DNA from: Mucilaginibacter sp. UBA5151
Lineage (GTDB): Bacteria > Bacteroidota > Bacteroidia > Sphingobacteriales > Sphingobacteriaceae
NCBI GenBank assembly: GCA_002413785.1
Contig: DHXR01000052.1
Location: 7,380 to 71,379, forward strand
Reading direction: 5' to 3'
DNA: 64,000 bases
Shown piece by piece: positions 19,841 through 28,409 of the stretch. The first letter of the stretch is position 1. Each line of letters begins with the position of its first letter. The notes beneath the pieces were generated by a model. It ran no database searches, had not been told where the DNA came from, and saw nothing but the letters and a program-made list of their open reading frames with translations. The position numbers and the translations under genes were made by a program.

Positions 19841-19896
19841 ATCCTCTCCCAGATCACAAAAAGCCTTTCAGCGTTGCCGGAGGGCTTTTTTTATTG
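19841..19896 (+). repeat. Degenerate direct copy of the tRNA-Lys 3' end plus terminator
   Basis: ATCCTCTCCCAGATCACAAAAAGCCTTTCAGC...GGAGGGCTTTTTTTATTG versus 4972-5029. Confidence 0.85.
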
Positions 19897-19935
19897 CAAT
19901 ACGCAAAGCCTGCAAATACTGCCTAACCAACAGCC

Positions 19936-20070
19936 TTATTTAATCTCCACAATACCATCCGCTACGGCCGGGAATTTGGAGAACACCTGCGCGTCATGGC
20001 CGGGGATGATATACTTCGCATCGGCAACCATGGTTTTCATCCTTTGCATGGCTTCACGTAGCCGGCCCTT
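19936..20070 (-). pseudogene. C-terminal remnant of an N-acyl-homoserine-lactonase-like metallo-beta-lactamase gene
   Basis: AMQRMKTMVADAKYIIPGHDAQVFSKFPAVADGIVEIK*; sequence upstream is unrelated. Confidence 0.6.
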
Positions 20071-20149
20071 CCAAAACCGCCCGCGAAAATTGAATATTAA
20101 CCCATAACTATGCTCAAAAAGCTTAACTTTGCGCTTTTCAAATCCAAAT

Positions 20150-20728
20150 ATGACAAGCTCTTTACTCCAGGCACGCAGCGGCAATTCCTGCGAACTCTGC
20201 CATTCAACAACCGACTTATCTGTTTATGCCGTTCCGCCGGCAAATCACCCGGATAACGGGATAATGATTTGCGGTACATGCCTGGCGCAACTCAACAACA
20301 GCGCAGAAACTGACGCCAAATACTGGCGTTTTTTGACTGAAGCCATGTGGAGCGCTGTACCCGCAGTACAGGTGGTGGCCTGGCGGATGCTGTCGCGTTT
20401 AAAAAATGAGGGATGGGCTGCAGAGAACCTGGATATGCTTTACATGGATGAAGATACGCTGGCCTGGGCAAAAGCGGTGGGTGAAGATGATGCGCCCGCA
20501 GAGACAGCAGCGGTACACAGGGATAGTCTGGGGGCCGAATTACAAAACGGCGACACTGTGGTACTCACCCGGTCGCTTGATGTGAAAGGCAGTTCGCTCA
20601 ATGCCAAAATGGGGACCGTTGTTAAAAATATCCGCCTGGTTGCTGATAATACGGAACAGGTGGAAGGAAAAATAGAAGGCCAGCAGATTGTGATATTGAC
20701 GAAATATCTCCGGAAGCAAAAAAGTTAA
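20150..20728 (+). CDS. PhnA/YjdM-domain zinc-ribbon protein
   Basis: CELC...CGTC, LQNGDTV, KMGTVVKNIRL; TAACTTTG promoter at 20124-20131. Confidence 0.88.
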   Translation: MTSSLLQARSGNSCELCHSTTDLSVYAVPPANHPDNGIMICGTCLAQLNNSAETDAKYWRFLTEAMWSAVPAVQVVAWRMLSRLKNEGWAAENLDMLYMDEDTLAWAKAVGEDDAPAETAAVHRDSLGAELQNGDTVVLTRSLDVKGSSLNAKMGTVVKNIRLVADNTEQVEGKIEGQQIVILTKYLRKQKS

Positions 20729-20886
20729 CAAAACCCGATTGGCATTTGCAAAAAAACTGAGCGGGTAAAAAAGAGCATTGTTTTAGACGGAATCCATTGT
20801 AAAAGCGTTTTTTTTTACAGTATGTTTCAATAAAAGCAAAAACCTTGATAATTAAGCGTATATTGCGCCAATACACAAAAAATATC

Positions 20887-21078
20887 ATGGCAACAGGAAC
20901 AGTAAAATTTTTTAATGAATCAAAAGGCTTCGGCTTTATTACACCAACAAGTGGCGGCAAAGAAGTATTCGTACACGTTACAGGGCTGATCGACCAGATC
21001 CGCGAAAACGATGAAGTAACTTACGAAGTAGAAGAAGGAAAAAAAGGCCCGAGTGCCGTTAAAGTAAAAATAGCTTAA
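20887..21078 (+). CDS. Cold-shock protein
   Basis: GTVKFFNESKGFGFI, VFVH. Confidence 0.95.
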   Translation: MATGTVKFFNESKGFGFITPTSGGKEVFVHVTGLIDQIRENDEVTYEVEEGKKGPSAVKVKIA

Positions 21079-21084
21079 AACGCA

Positions 21085-21534
21085 TTGGCAAGATCAACAG
21101 AAACTTTTAGTAAAAAGGAAAAAGAAAAAGCCCGGTTAAAAAAGGCGAAAGAGAAAAAGGAAAAGGCCGAAGACCGCAAGGCAAGTGGCGGCAAGGGCAA
21201 AAGCCTTGAAGATATGATGGCTTATATTGATGAGCACGGGAATATTACGTCAACTCCGCCCGACCCCTCCAGAAAGATAAAGATCAATTCAGAGGATATC
21301 CAGGTAAGTGTCGCGAGGCAGGAGGATTTGCCGCATGATACGGTCCGGAACGGCATTGTAAGCTTTTTTAATGAAGCAAAAGGCTATGGTTTTATCAGGG
21401 ATATGCAAACACAGGAAAGTATTTTCGTGCATATCAACGCTTTAACCGAACCGCTAAAGGAAAATAACATGGTTACTTTTGAGACAGAGCAAGGTCCGAA
21501 AGGATTATCGGCCATTAAGGTAAAAAAGAAATAA
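21085..21534 (+). CDS. Cold-shock-domain protein with Lys-rich N-terminal extension
   Basis: C-terminal FFNEAKGYGFI, IFVH; TTG start. Confidence 0.9.
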   Translation: MARSTETFSKKEKEKARLKKAKEKKEKAEDRKASGGKGKSLEDMMAYIDEHGNITSTPPDPSRKIKINSEDIQVSVARQEDLPHDTVRNGIVSFFNEAKGYGFIRDMQTQESIFVHINALTEPLKENNMVTFETEQGPKGLSAIKVKKK

Positions 21535-21536
21535 TT

Positions 21537-21776
21537 ATGGCTGCCAAAACAACAGCGACCGCACTTCAAAAGGAAACCTTCAAACTCAGGTTTGCCGAAA
21601 TCATTAAGAATAACACAAAACTAAGGGACCAGTATTCTATCCAGTTTTTTGAAACTGCTCAAAAAAGCAATTACGTTATTTACGGACTGAATGGTAAAAC
21701 CATCAATATTTTGGAGGCCCTGACTTTAGAAGAAGCAGAAAAATATAAAATCCTGAAATCCGACTGGCAGAATTAG
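21537..21776 (+). CDS. Hypothetical protein
   Basis: 79-aa ORF starting 3 nt after the CSD gene stop. Confidence 0.65.
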   Translation: MAAKTTATALQKETFKLRFAEIIKNNTKLRDQYSIQFFETAQKSNYVIYGLNGKTINILEALTLEEAEKYKILKSDWQN

Positions 21777-21861
21777 CCGCGCGTTTTTCATTCAGCTGGG
21801 GATTACCTTCATTGGCACCAGTCCCTTTATAGCTGTTGGTTAATGCAACTTATTCTTCGGG

Positions 21862-21916
21862 CCTTTTCCGGAATCGCAAAAAGCCTTTCAGCGGAAGCTG
21901 GAAGGCTTTTTTATTG
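21862..21916 (+). repeat. Third, more degenerate copy of the tRNA-Lys 3' end plus terminator
   Basis: CCTTTTCCGGAATCGCAAAAAGCCTTTCAGCGGAAGCTGGAAGGCTTTTTTATTG. Confidence 0.7.
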
Positions 21917-22260
21917 GTACGAACAGTTTACACACATAGTTGATCCATGGTTGAAAACGACCGGCAGCAGGTATTTATCGACACATACAGGCCACTCATC
22001 GATTAATATTGTTGTTAAAATTCCGAATTGTGATATTTGAAGCTTATACGGCAGGTGTTCTTACCTGCCTTTTGTGATAAGGTTTAGGTTAAGGCATCCA
22101 AACAGCGAGTGTAAGGGTGCCTTTTTTTGGCGCCAATTCAAGATTTTAGCAAGCATCCATTTTAAAAACCTGCCGGGCATTTGCAGCCCTGCAAACCATT
22201 AAAATTAAAGCAAACAGAAACAGTTTTTAAAATATTTTCAATTTTTCCGAGGCTTCGTTA

Positions 22261-23448
22261 CTACATTGACTTAAAAATTCCCATTTCCAAACCTCTCAAT
22301 TCGGCAAGCCCCCTTAACCTGCCGATAGCGGAATATCCCGGGTTGGTTTTCTTTTTTAAATCATCCAGCATTTGGTGCCCATGGTCGGGCCGCATCGGGA
22401 TATTTACTTTTCTATCCTGCATCAGCCGTACAACCGTTTTTACAACCTGGTACATGTCCGCATCGCCTTCTAAATGATTGTCTTCGTAAAAATCGCCAAA
22501 CTCATTGCGCCGGGTGCTGCGGAGGTGTAAAAAATGTATCCTGTCGCCGAATTGTTTTATCATTCCGGGCAAATTATTGTCTTTCCTTACACCAAAGGAA
22601 CCGGTGCAGAAGCAAACACCATTATTTAATGAAGGAACGGCGGCAACCAGCGCCTGTACATCAGCGGCAGTTGATACAATACGGGGCAGGCCTAAAATAC
22701 TATAGGGCGGGTCGTCAGGGTGTATGGCCATTTTTACACCCAGTTCATCAGCTACCGGGATAATCTGCTGGAGAAAATAAATTAAGTGTTTACGCAAGGC
22801 GTTTTCATCAATGTTATGGTAGGCATCTAAAGCAGACTGAAACTGTTCCAGCGTGAAACTTTCTTCACTGCCCGGTAAACCTGCAATAATATTACGCTGT
22901 AGTAGTATTTTTTCTTCCGCGCCCATCTTTTCAAACCGTTCACGCGCGCGTTTTATTTCTTCGGTTGAATAGTCCTGTTCGGCATTCTTCCTTTTCAAAA
23001 TAAACAGATCAAAGGCCATAAATGCTGCTTTTTCAAAAAGCAGGGCCTTCGATCCGTCTTCAACCGCATAAGCCAGGTTGGTGCGCGTCCAGTCGAGCAC
23101 CGGCATAAAATTATAGGTGATAATATTGACGTCACATGCTGCCAGGTTGCGTATAGTTTGTTTATAATTTTCAATAAACAGGCCGAAATCCCCGGTTTGG
23201 GTTTTTATTGCTTCGTGTACCGGCACGCTTTCAACCACATTCCAAACCATACCGGCTTTTGCTATCAGGTTTTTGCGTTGGTTGATTTCGTCAATCTCCC
23301 ATACTTTTCCGTTAGGGATATGATGCAAAGCGGTTACCACGCCGGTACAGCCTGCCTGCCTCAAATCGTTCAGCGAAACCGGGTCATTCGGCCCGTACCA
23401 GCGCATAGTATGTATCATTTTAAAACCGAAAGGTGAGTTATTTTCCAT
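22261..23448 (-). CDS. uxuA: Mannonate dehydratase
   Basis: [36 protein letters not shown]; ATG 23448 preferred. Confidence 0.96.
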   Translation of the reverse strand: MENNSPFGFKMIHTMRWYGPNDPVSLNDLRQAGCTGVVTALHHIPNGKVWEIDEINQRKNLIAKAGMVWNVVESVPVHEAIKTQTGDFGLFIENYKQTIRNLAACDVNIITYNFMPVLDWTRTNLAYAVEDGSKALLFEKAAFMAFDLFILKRKNAEQDYSTEEIKRARERFEKMGAEEKILLQRNIIAGLPGSEESFTLEQFQSALDAYHNIDENALRKHLIYFLQQIIPVADELGVKMAIHPDDPPYSILGLPRIVSTAADVQALVAAVPSLNNGVCFCTGSFGVRKDNNLPGMIKQFGDRIHFLHLRSTRRNEFGDFYEDNHLEGDADMYQVVKTVVRLMQDRKVNIPMRPDHGHQMLDDLKKKTNPGYSAIGRLRGLAELRGLEMGIFKSM

Positions 23449-23692
23449 AGCGTTTAATATAATGTCAAAATTAGTAATCAATCCCGGTTTAACATAATGT
23501 TTATTGTTGAGTCCGCCCACGGACGGGTCACCGGGGCCTTCTTATTGGGGAACACACAGGCTATATGCCTGGTTTACCGTCAGCCGGAAACCGCGCCAAA
23601 AGTGTTGGCTAAATAAACCATCAAGGTTTTGCGCAGCATGTGGAAAACTATCTGCTACAAGGAAATCTGAATATGCTGACCTTTAAAAGGAA

Positions 23693-23881
23693 ATGAAATC
23701 GCTCCAGGAATTAAACAACGAAGCTGCTGCAATTAATTTAACCATCAGGAAACTGGTGCTTAACAAACATTGCTTTGATGAAGGGCTGGAGGAGAAAATT
23801 GCGGTTGTGGTTAAGATTACTACCTTAAGGGAAACTTTGGCCCGTGTGCAGCGGGAGATACGGATACGATCTGACGAGTAA
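23693..23881 (+). CDS. Small hypothetical helical protein
   Basis: 62-aa ORF with A-rich leader, followed by a REP hairpin. Confidence 0.45.
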   Translation: MKSLQELNNEAAAINLTIRKLVLNKHCFDEGLEEKIAVVVKITTLRETLARVQREIRIRSDE

Positions 23882-23897
23882 ATAACCGGATAAAGGC

Positions 23898-23930
23898 AGA
23901 CTTACGAAGTTTCCAAAACTTCGTAAGTCT
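23898..23930. repeat. REP-like palindrome AGACTTACGAAGTTT-n-AAACTTCGTAAGTCT
   Basis: Near-identical copy at 34836-34868; same architecture at 47391-47423. Confidence 0.85.
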
Positions 23931-24027
23931 TTGGATAACAAATTAATCCCCTAACTTGTTCAGGCTTTCGCCTGGATACGAAACGATTTAAGAGGAACGT
24001 ACAATCTACAGGCATACAAGCCCTTAC

Positions 24028-24310
24028 CTAAGGTACTGGCGGGTACTGTTCCGCAATTACTTTTTTGAATTCATCGAGCGAAACAATGGTAAGCTTCGGG
24101 AAGTGGAGCGTTTTTAACGGATTGAAGTGCTTGTCGTTTGTTACCAGATAATCAACATTCCCCGCCACTGCCAGGTCGGCAAATTTATCATCATCAGGAT
24201 CGGCTTTAACAAGCTGCCATCTAAAAAAGGGCTCGGTAAAAGTCACATTTACAGCAGTACTGATAATGGAATAAACCAATAGAGCGGTTTGTATCTATAA
24301 CAACCCGCAT
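24028..24310 (-). pseudogene. PIN-family toxin with internal deletion and frameshift
   Basis: ATG at 24310 gives MRVVIDTN; after 31 nt the other frame gives ...DPDDDKFADLAVAGNVDYLVTNDKHF. The central part is missing. Confidence 0.85.
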
Positions 24311-24528
24311 CAGCTTTCCGCATTCAGCATATTGTCAAAATCCCTCTGTATATAGCCCTTTTCAGCAACAACTTTGGTTACTTCCTCTTTTAAGAGTTTC
24401 GAATAATGTTTTACCAGCAACCGTTTTAATTCGAGCGTTTCCTGCTCAGCCATTGGCCTGTTAAACAACCGTAACAGGCTTACCTGTAAAGGATTTAATT
24501 CTGTATGTTGATTTACTGCAACCGCCAT
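24310..24528 (-). CDS. Putative antitoxin
   Basis: 72 aa, LNPLQVSLLRLF; TGA overlaps the toxin ATG (TGATG). Confidence 0.8.
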   Translation of the reverse strand: MAVAVNQHTELNPLQVSLLRLFNRPMAEQETLELKRLLVKHYSKLLKEEVTKVVAEKGYIQRDFDNMLNAES

Positions 24529-24653
24529 TTTAGTTTTATTACAAACAAATTTAATAAAAATTGACTACAAATTATCAATAATCGTATAAATGGGGCAGTT
24601 CAGAAAATAAAATAAGAATCGTAAGTTTGTTCTAAAGCAACAAGCAATAGCAC

Positions 24654-25388
24654 ATGCCATTTTTATCCCGCATATCGCTCCCGCCCATAGGGGATGGCAG
24701 TTACCTGCAAGATATTCCAAGCCTGAAACTTGGTTTACGGCTCGAATTGAAAAATAATGTCACCTTCTTTGTAGGCGAGAACGGTTCGGGGAAGTCCACG
24801 CTGCTGGAAGGTATTGCGGAACAGTGCGGGTTCAGCCTCAGGGGCGGCAACCGCAATCATAATAAGAATACCGGCTACCGGTTTGAGGGATACGAATCAG
24901 CGCTGGCATCTTACCTGCAACTCGGCTGGACGCCGCGCAGGATTACGGAAGGTTTTTTTATGCGGGCCGAAAGCTTTTTCAATTTCGCTTCCTATATTGA
25001 TGAACTGGCCGTGGACGATGGCCGTATTCTCCGGGCTTATGGCGGGCGGTCGCTGCATGAGCAGTCGCACGGCGAATCGTTCCTCAACTTATTTAATAAC
25101 CAGTTCGAGTCGGGGATCTATATCCTCGATGAGCCCGAAGCGGCCCTGTCGCCCGCGAGGATACTGGCCTTTATGTCGGTGATCCACCAGCTTGACAAAA
25201 GCGGCCGGGCCCAATTCCTGATCGCCACGCACTCGCCGATGCTGATCTGCTACCCTGGCGCCACAATTTACCAGTTTGATGACGACGGCGTGCGCGAAAC
25301 CACTTATGAAGACACCGAGCATTATTCGCTCACCAAATCGTTTCTGGATAATCCGGCAGCGTATCTTCGGCATTTGATGGAGGGGTAG
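24654..25388 (+). CDS. Predicted ABC-type AAA ATPase (COG3910-like)
   Basis: GENGSGKST, SHGESF, ILDEPE, ATHSP; TAAGTTTG promoter at 24622-24629. Confidence 0.9.
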   Translation: MPFLSRISLPPIGDGSYLQDIPSLKLGLRLELKNNVTFFVGENGSGKSTLLEGIAEQCGFSLRGGNRNHNKNTGYRFEGYESALASYLQLGWTPRRITEGFFMRAESFFNFASYIDELAVDDGRILRAYGGRSLHEQSHGESFLNLFNNQFESGIYILDEPEAALSPARILAFMSVIHQLDKSGRAQFLIATHSPMLICYPGATIYQFDDDGVRETTYEDTEHYSLTKSFLDNPAAYLRHLMEG

Positions 25389-25509
25389 GTGGGGATGTTT
25401 GCCCCGCACCAATTTTATGTTTTACAAACGCTGTTAACGGCGGTATTTACAATTTAAGCGGTACGCTTAAATTTTTAGCATTCAAGCGAAACACTTGGGC
25501 TGTAATTTG

Positions 25510-26532
25510 TTATTTTTTTTGATAGTTTTTCATATCAACGTCTTTCATCCTGTCAATTTCTTTGCCATTCTTATATTTCACCATGCTAATGATCCAATCG
25601 GATTGTTCGGGATCAAGCCGGGGCGGCGAACCACTCTCATTCCAATCTTCATAAACCGTTTTTTTGGTAATCTCACGCTCTTCGTCATATTCGGTTTTAT
25701 GGATCATATAATCATGTATCCCTTTTTCATGTGGCTCAAATAGTTCAAGTTTTTTTCTCCATTTGTATGCCACCTTTTTTATCCCGTTGTCGTAATATTC
25801 AATCCTGCGCAGTTTGGTTTGTTTTATTTTTAAATGGCCGTCTGGATAAAACTCTTTTATTCTCTCAATTCTTTTAACATCTGATTTCTTTAATTTCAGC
25901 CCGCCGTCGGGAAAATATTCCTTTGTTCTTGACCATCTGTAACTTAAAATCGATCCATTTTGATAAGTTGAAATTTTAATGCGATGAGCTGTGGAGTCGA
26001 AAATTTCAATTGCTGTTATTTTTGAAAAATGTAACCGCTTGTATTTTAGTGCGCCGTTATTATAATAGGTTAACATACTGTCTTTGACATAACCACGTAC
26101 GAAATCACCCCTCATTTTAATTTTCCCATCGGGATAATAACTTTCGAAAAAGCCATTTATTAGTTTGCCGCAACCTTTATAAACCATTGGGCTATCCATG
26201 CTACCGTCATATAAGCCAAAATCCGGTTCTTTAACCCGGAAAATAAAAAGGCCTGTATCTCTTATTTCTATAGTCGTGTCAAGATAAAAGCCATCATTAA
26301 AATCGATCCTGTACTGCCCAGGGCCTGGAAGATGAACCGTCCCTTTTTTAACAAAATAGTCGGTATCAATGCTTAGTGGCATTTTATGCATGGTGTAATT
26401 GGTATCCAACTGTTCGGCGACAGTACATGCTTTCGTACGATATAATTGAAACCGCACACCTTGACAAAAGCAACAATTGCAGGTGAATATAAAAAAGAGC
26501 AAAAGAAAAAAAAAGATATTTTTCATCAACAT
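25510..26532 (-). CDS. Secreted MORN-variant/YwqK-like repeat protein
   Basis: Signal-like N-terminus; repeated YYPDGKIK, YYNNGALK, YFPDGGLK, FYPDGHLK, YYDNGIKK. Confidence 0.7.
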   Translation of the reverse strand: MLMKNIFFFLLLFFIFTCNCCFCQGVRFQLYRTKACTVAEQLDTNYTMHKMPLSIDTDYFVKKGTVHLPGPGQYRIDFNDGFYLDTTIEIRDTGLFIFRVKEPDFGLYDGSMDSPMVYKGCGKLINGFFESYYPDGKIKMRGDFVRGYVKDSMLTYYNNGALKYKRLHFSKITAIEIFDSTAHRIKISTYQNGSILSYRWSRTKEYFPDGGLKLKKSDVKRIERIKEFYPDGHLKIKQTKLRRIEYYDNGIKKVAYKWRKKLELFEPHEKGIHDYMIHKTEYDEEREITKKTVYEDWNESGSPPRLDPEQSDWIISMVKYKNGKEIDRMKDVDMKNYQKK

Positions 26533-26702
26533 TTATTTAGTAAGATGCTAAAAGCTAATTTTTTCCATTAGCTAAATCTAAAAATAATAATTTGGTTTTG
26601 GTAATTTTCGTTTGGGTTGCATTTACACTAAACCTTTTCACCGACCCCAACCCCCGCTTTACCGGGGAAACCCCTTACTGTACCTAATACAGGCCCTTTT
26701 GC

Positions 26703-26730
26703 TGTAACGTTCAATACGCAGTGATGGTCT
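26703..26730 (+). promoter_or_regulatory. ECF-sigma-like promoter TGTAAC-N18-GTC
   Basis: Same motif and spacing at 27533-27559. Confidence 0.5.
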
Positions 26731-26787
26731 TATCGGTGTATTTAAAAAGAAAGAAAAATTAATAAGACACTCAAAAATTTACACATC

Positions 26788-27405
26788 ATGAAAACTCAAA
26801 TCATAACATTATTCACAGCACTTGTATTAAGTACCGGAATAGCAGCAACAACTTACGCAGATACTACCAGCAAAGAAAATGTAACTGTGTTATCAGGTAT
26901 CAGCGCCATCAACAAAATCGAAATCTACGGAAACGTTCGGGTATATATCTCTGACGGCGCCGCCGACCAGGTAAAGGTTTATAATAAATATTATGCCGAA
27001 AGCGCTTTGGTTCAAAGCAAAAACGGCGTATTGCGTATCAGCTCATACAAAGCCGAAAAATTAGTAGTATGGGTTACCGCCGCCGACCTTCAATCCATTT
27101 CAGCTTATGACAATGCCGAAGTAAGTTCATTCGGCGACCTTTCAAAAATTGAATTTGAAGTCGATCTCCACAATAACGCGTCTGCCAAACTAAGTATTGA
27201 TGCCCTCAGCGCCAACGTGATTGTAAACGACCAGGCAAAAGTTACCCTTAGCGGTCATGCGGATGAATATTCGCTAAAATACAGCCACGCTGAAAACGTT
27301 ATCGAAAACAGTTTTGAAGCAATGCACAGCTCAAAAACCTCGAACAACATAGCTAAGGTTGAAGTTGAAAAATCAGAACTTGACCAATTGGCTGATTTGT
27401 TTTGA
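26788..27405 (+). CDS. GIN-domain (DUF2807-like) secreted protein
   Basis: Signal peptide; KIEIYGNVRV, KNGVLRIS, L..I.A..NA beta-helix repeats. Confidence 0.75.
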   Translation: MKTQIITLFTALVLSTGIAATTYADTTSKENVTVLSGISAINKIEIYGNVRVYISDGAADQVKVYNKYYAESALVQSKNGVLRISSYKAEKLVVWVTAADLQSISAYDNAEVSSFGDLSKIEFEVDLHNNASAKLSIDALSANVIVNDQAKVTLSGHADEYSLKYSHAENVIENSFEAMHSSKTSNNIAKVEVEKSELDQLADLF

Positions 27406-27411
27406 GCAGAA

Positions 27412-27505
27412 GCCCCACCTAAATCCTCCCCGGTAGGGAGGACTTAAAAAAAACCAACACGAGCGAAGCTAAAGTCTCCCCAACCGGGGGAGATTTAGAG
27501 GGGGC
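27412..27505. repeat. REP doublet, CCTCACCC/GGATTTAGGTGAGG family variant
   Basis: Related copies at 33247-33354, 43236-43270, 44503-44615 and 59292-59376. Confidence 0.8.
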
Positions 27506-27532
27506 TTTAATCAACAAATTACTTACATTTGA

Positions 27533-27559
27533 TGTAACTAAATCACTTAATCAGTAGTC
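27533..27559 (+). promoter_or_regulatory. ECF-sigma-like promoter TGTAAC-N18-GTC
   Basis: Matches 26703-26729; housekeeping TACATTTG at 27524-27531. Confidence 0.5.
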
Positions 27560-27578
27560 CCATAAAATAAATAAAATC

Positions 27579-28301
27579 ATGAAAAAGATATACTTAGCAA
27601 TCCTGTTTTTAACTGCCTGCCTTACCATTGGCGGGCTGTCGTCATGTGTTTTTCATTGTGTGCATGGTTCGGGGCATATAGTATCCGAAGACCGCAAAGT
27701 ATCCGGTTTTAGTAAGATCAGCATTTCGGGTGGTTTTAAGGTGGTGCTAAAGCAGGATAGTTCTATGGCTGTAAAAGTTACCGCTGATGATAACCTGCTG
27801 AAATATATAAAAACCGAGGTTGAGGGCGACAGGCTGCGCATATACAGTAAAAAGAACTTATGTAATAACGGGCAGCTGACTATCAATATTGGCATACGCA
27901 ACCTGGAAGAATTAAAAGCATCGGGCGCAGTTGAAGTAGAATCTGATGGCAAAATCCATACAGGCGACGTGCATTTCAAACTGACAGGCGCTACCAAAAT
28001 CACAATGGACCTTAACGCGGCCAATGTAACTACCAGCGGCAGCGGCGCTACCGAACTGAATTTAAAAGGTCAGGCTACTTCGCATAATATCGATTTAAAC
28101 GGCGTAGGCCATGTTTATGCCTTTGATTTTGTAGTAGGCAGCTGTGATATCCAAACATCCGGCGCGGGGCATAGCGATGTTAATGTATTAAACTCCCTGA
28201 GCGTGCATTCAAGCGGCGCATCCGAAGTACGGTACCGCGGTAACCCCGCAAACGTAACCAATAATAAATCAGGCGCTTCTTCTGTTGAAAAGGTAAATTG
28301 A
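27579..28301 (+). CDS. Head GIN domain (DUF2807) lipoprotein
   Basis: Lipobox LSSC; GSGHIVSEDR, DDNLL, ASGA/SGAG repeats, VRYRGNP. Confidence 0.88.
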   Translation: MKKIYLAILFLTACLTIGGLSSCVFHCVHGSGHIVSEDRKVSGFSKISISGGFKVVLKQDSSMAVKVTADDNLLKYIKTEVEGDRLRIYSKKNLCNNGQLTINIGIRNLEELKASGAVEVESDGKIHTGDVHFKLTGATKITMDLNAANVTTSGSGATELNLKGQATSHNIDLNGVGHVYAFDFVVGSCDIQTSGAGHSDVNVLNSLSVHSSGASEVRYRGNPANVTNNKSGASSVEKVN

Positions 28302-28409
28302 AAGCGTCGGACTTTCGGACTTTTTTCCTACCTTTGCCCCTCCAAAAGCCGGCGCAGGTTTTACAGCGCGCCTGCGTAAAATTTAAAAGTTTAAATACCC
28401 GGTAAAAAG

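Noticed and set aside
23504-23686. 60-aa ORF upstream of uxuA
   Set aside because: Non-ATG start, overlaps the uxuA promoter region, and the Cys pattern looks fortuitous.
25510-26532. YwqK-type antitoxin of a TA system
   Set aside because: It has a signal-like N-terminus and no adjacent toxin; MORN-variant repeats alone are not evidence.
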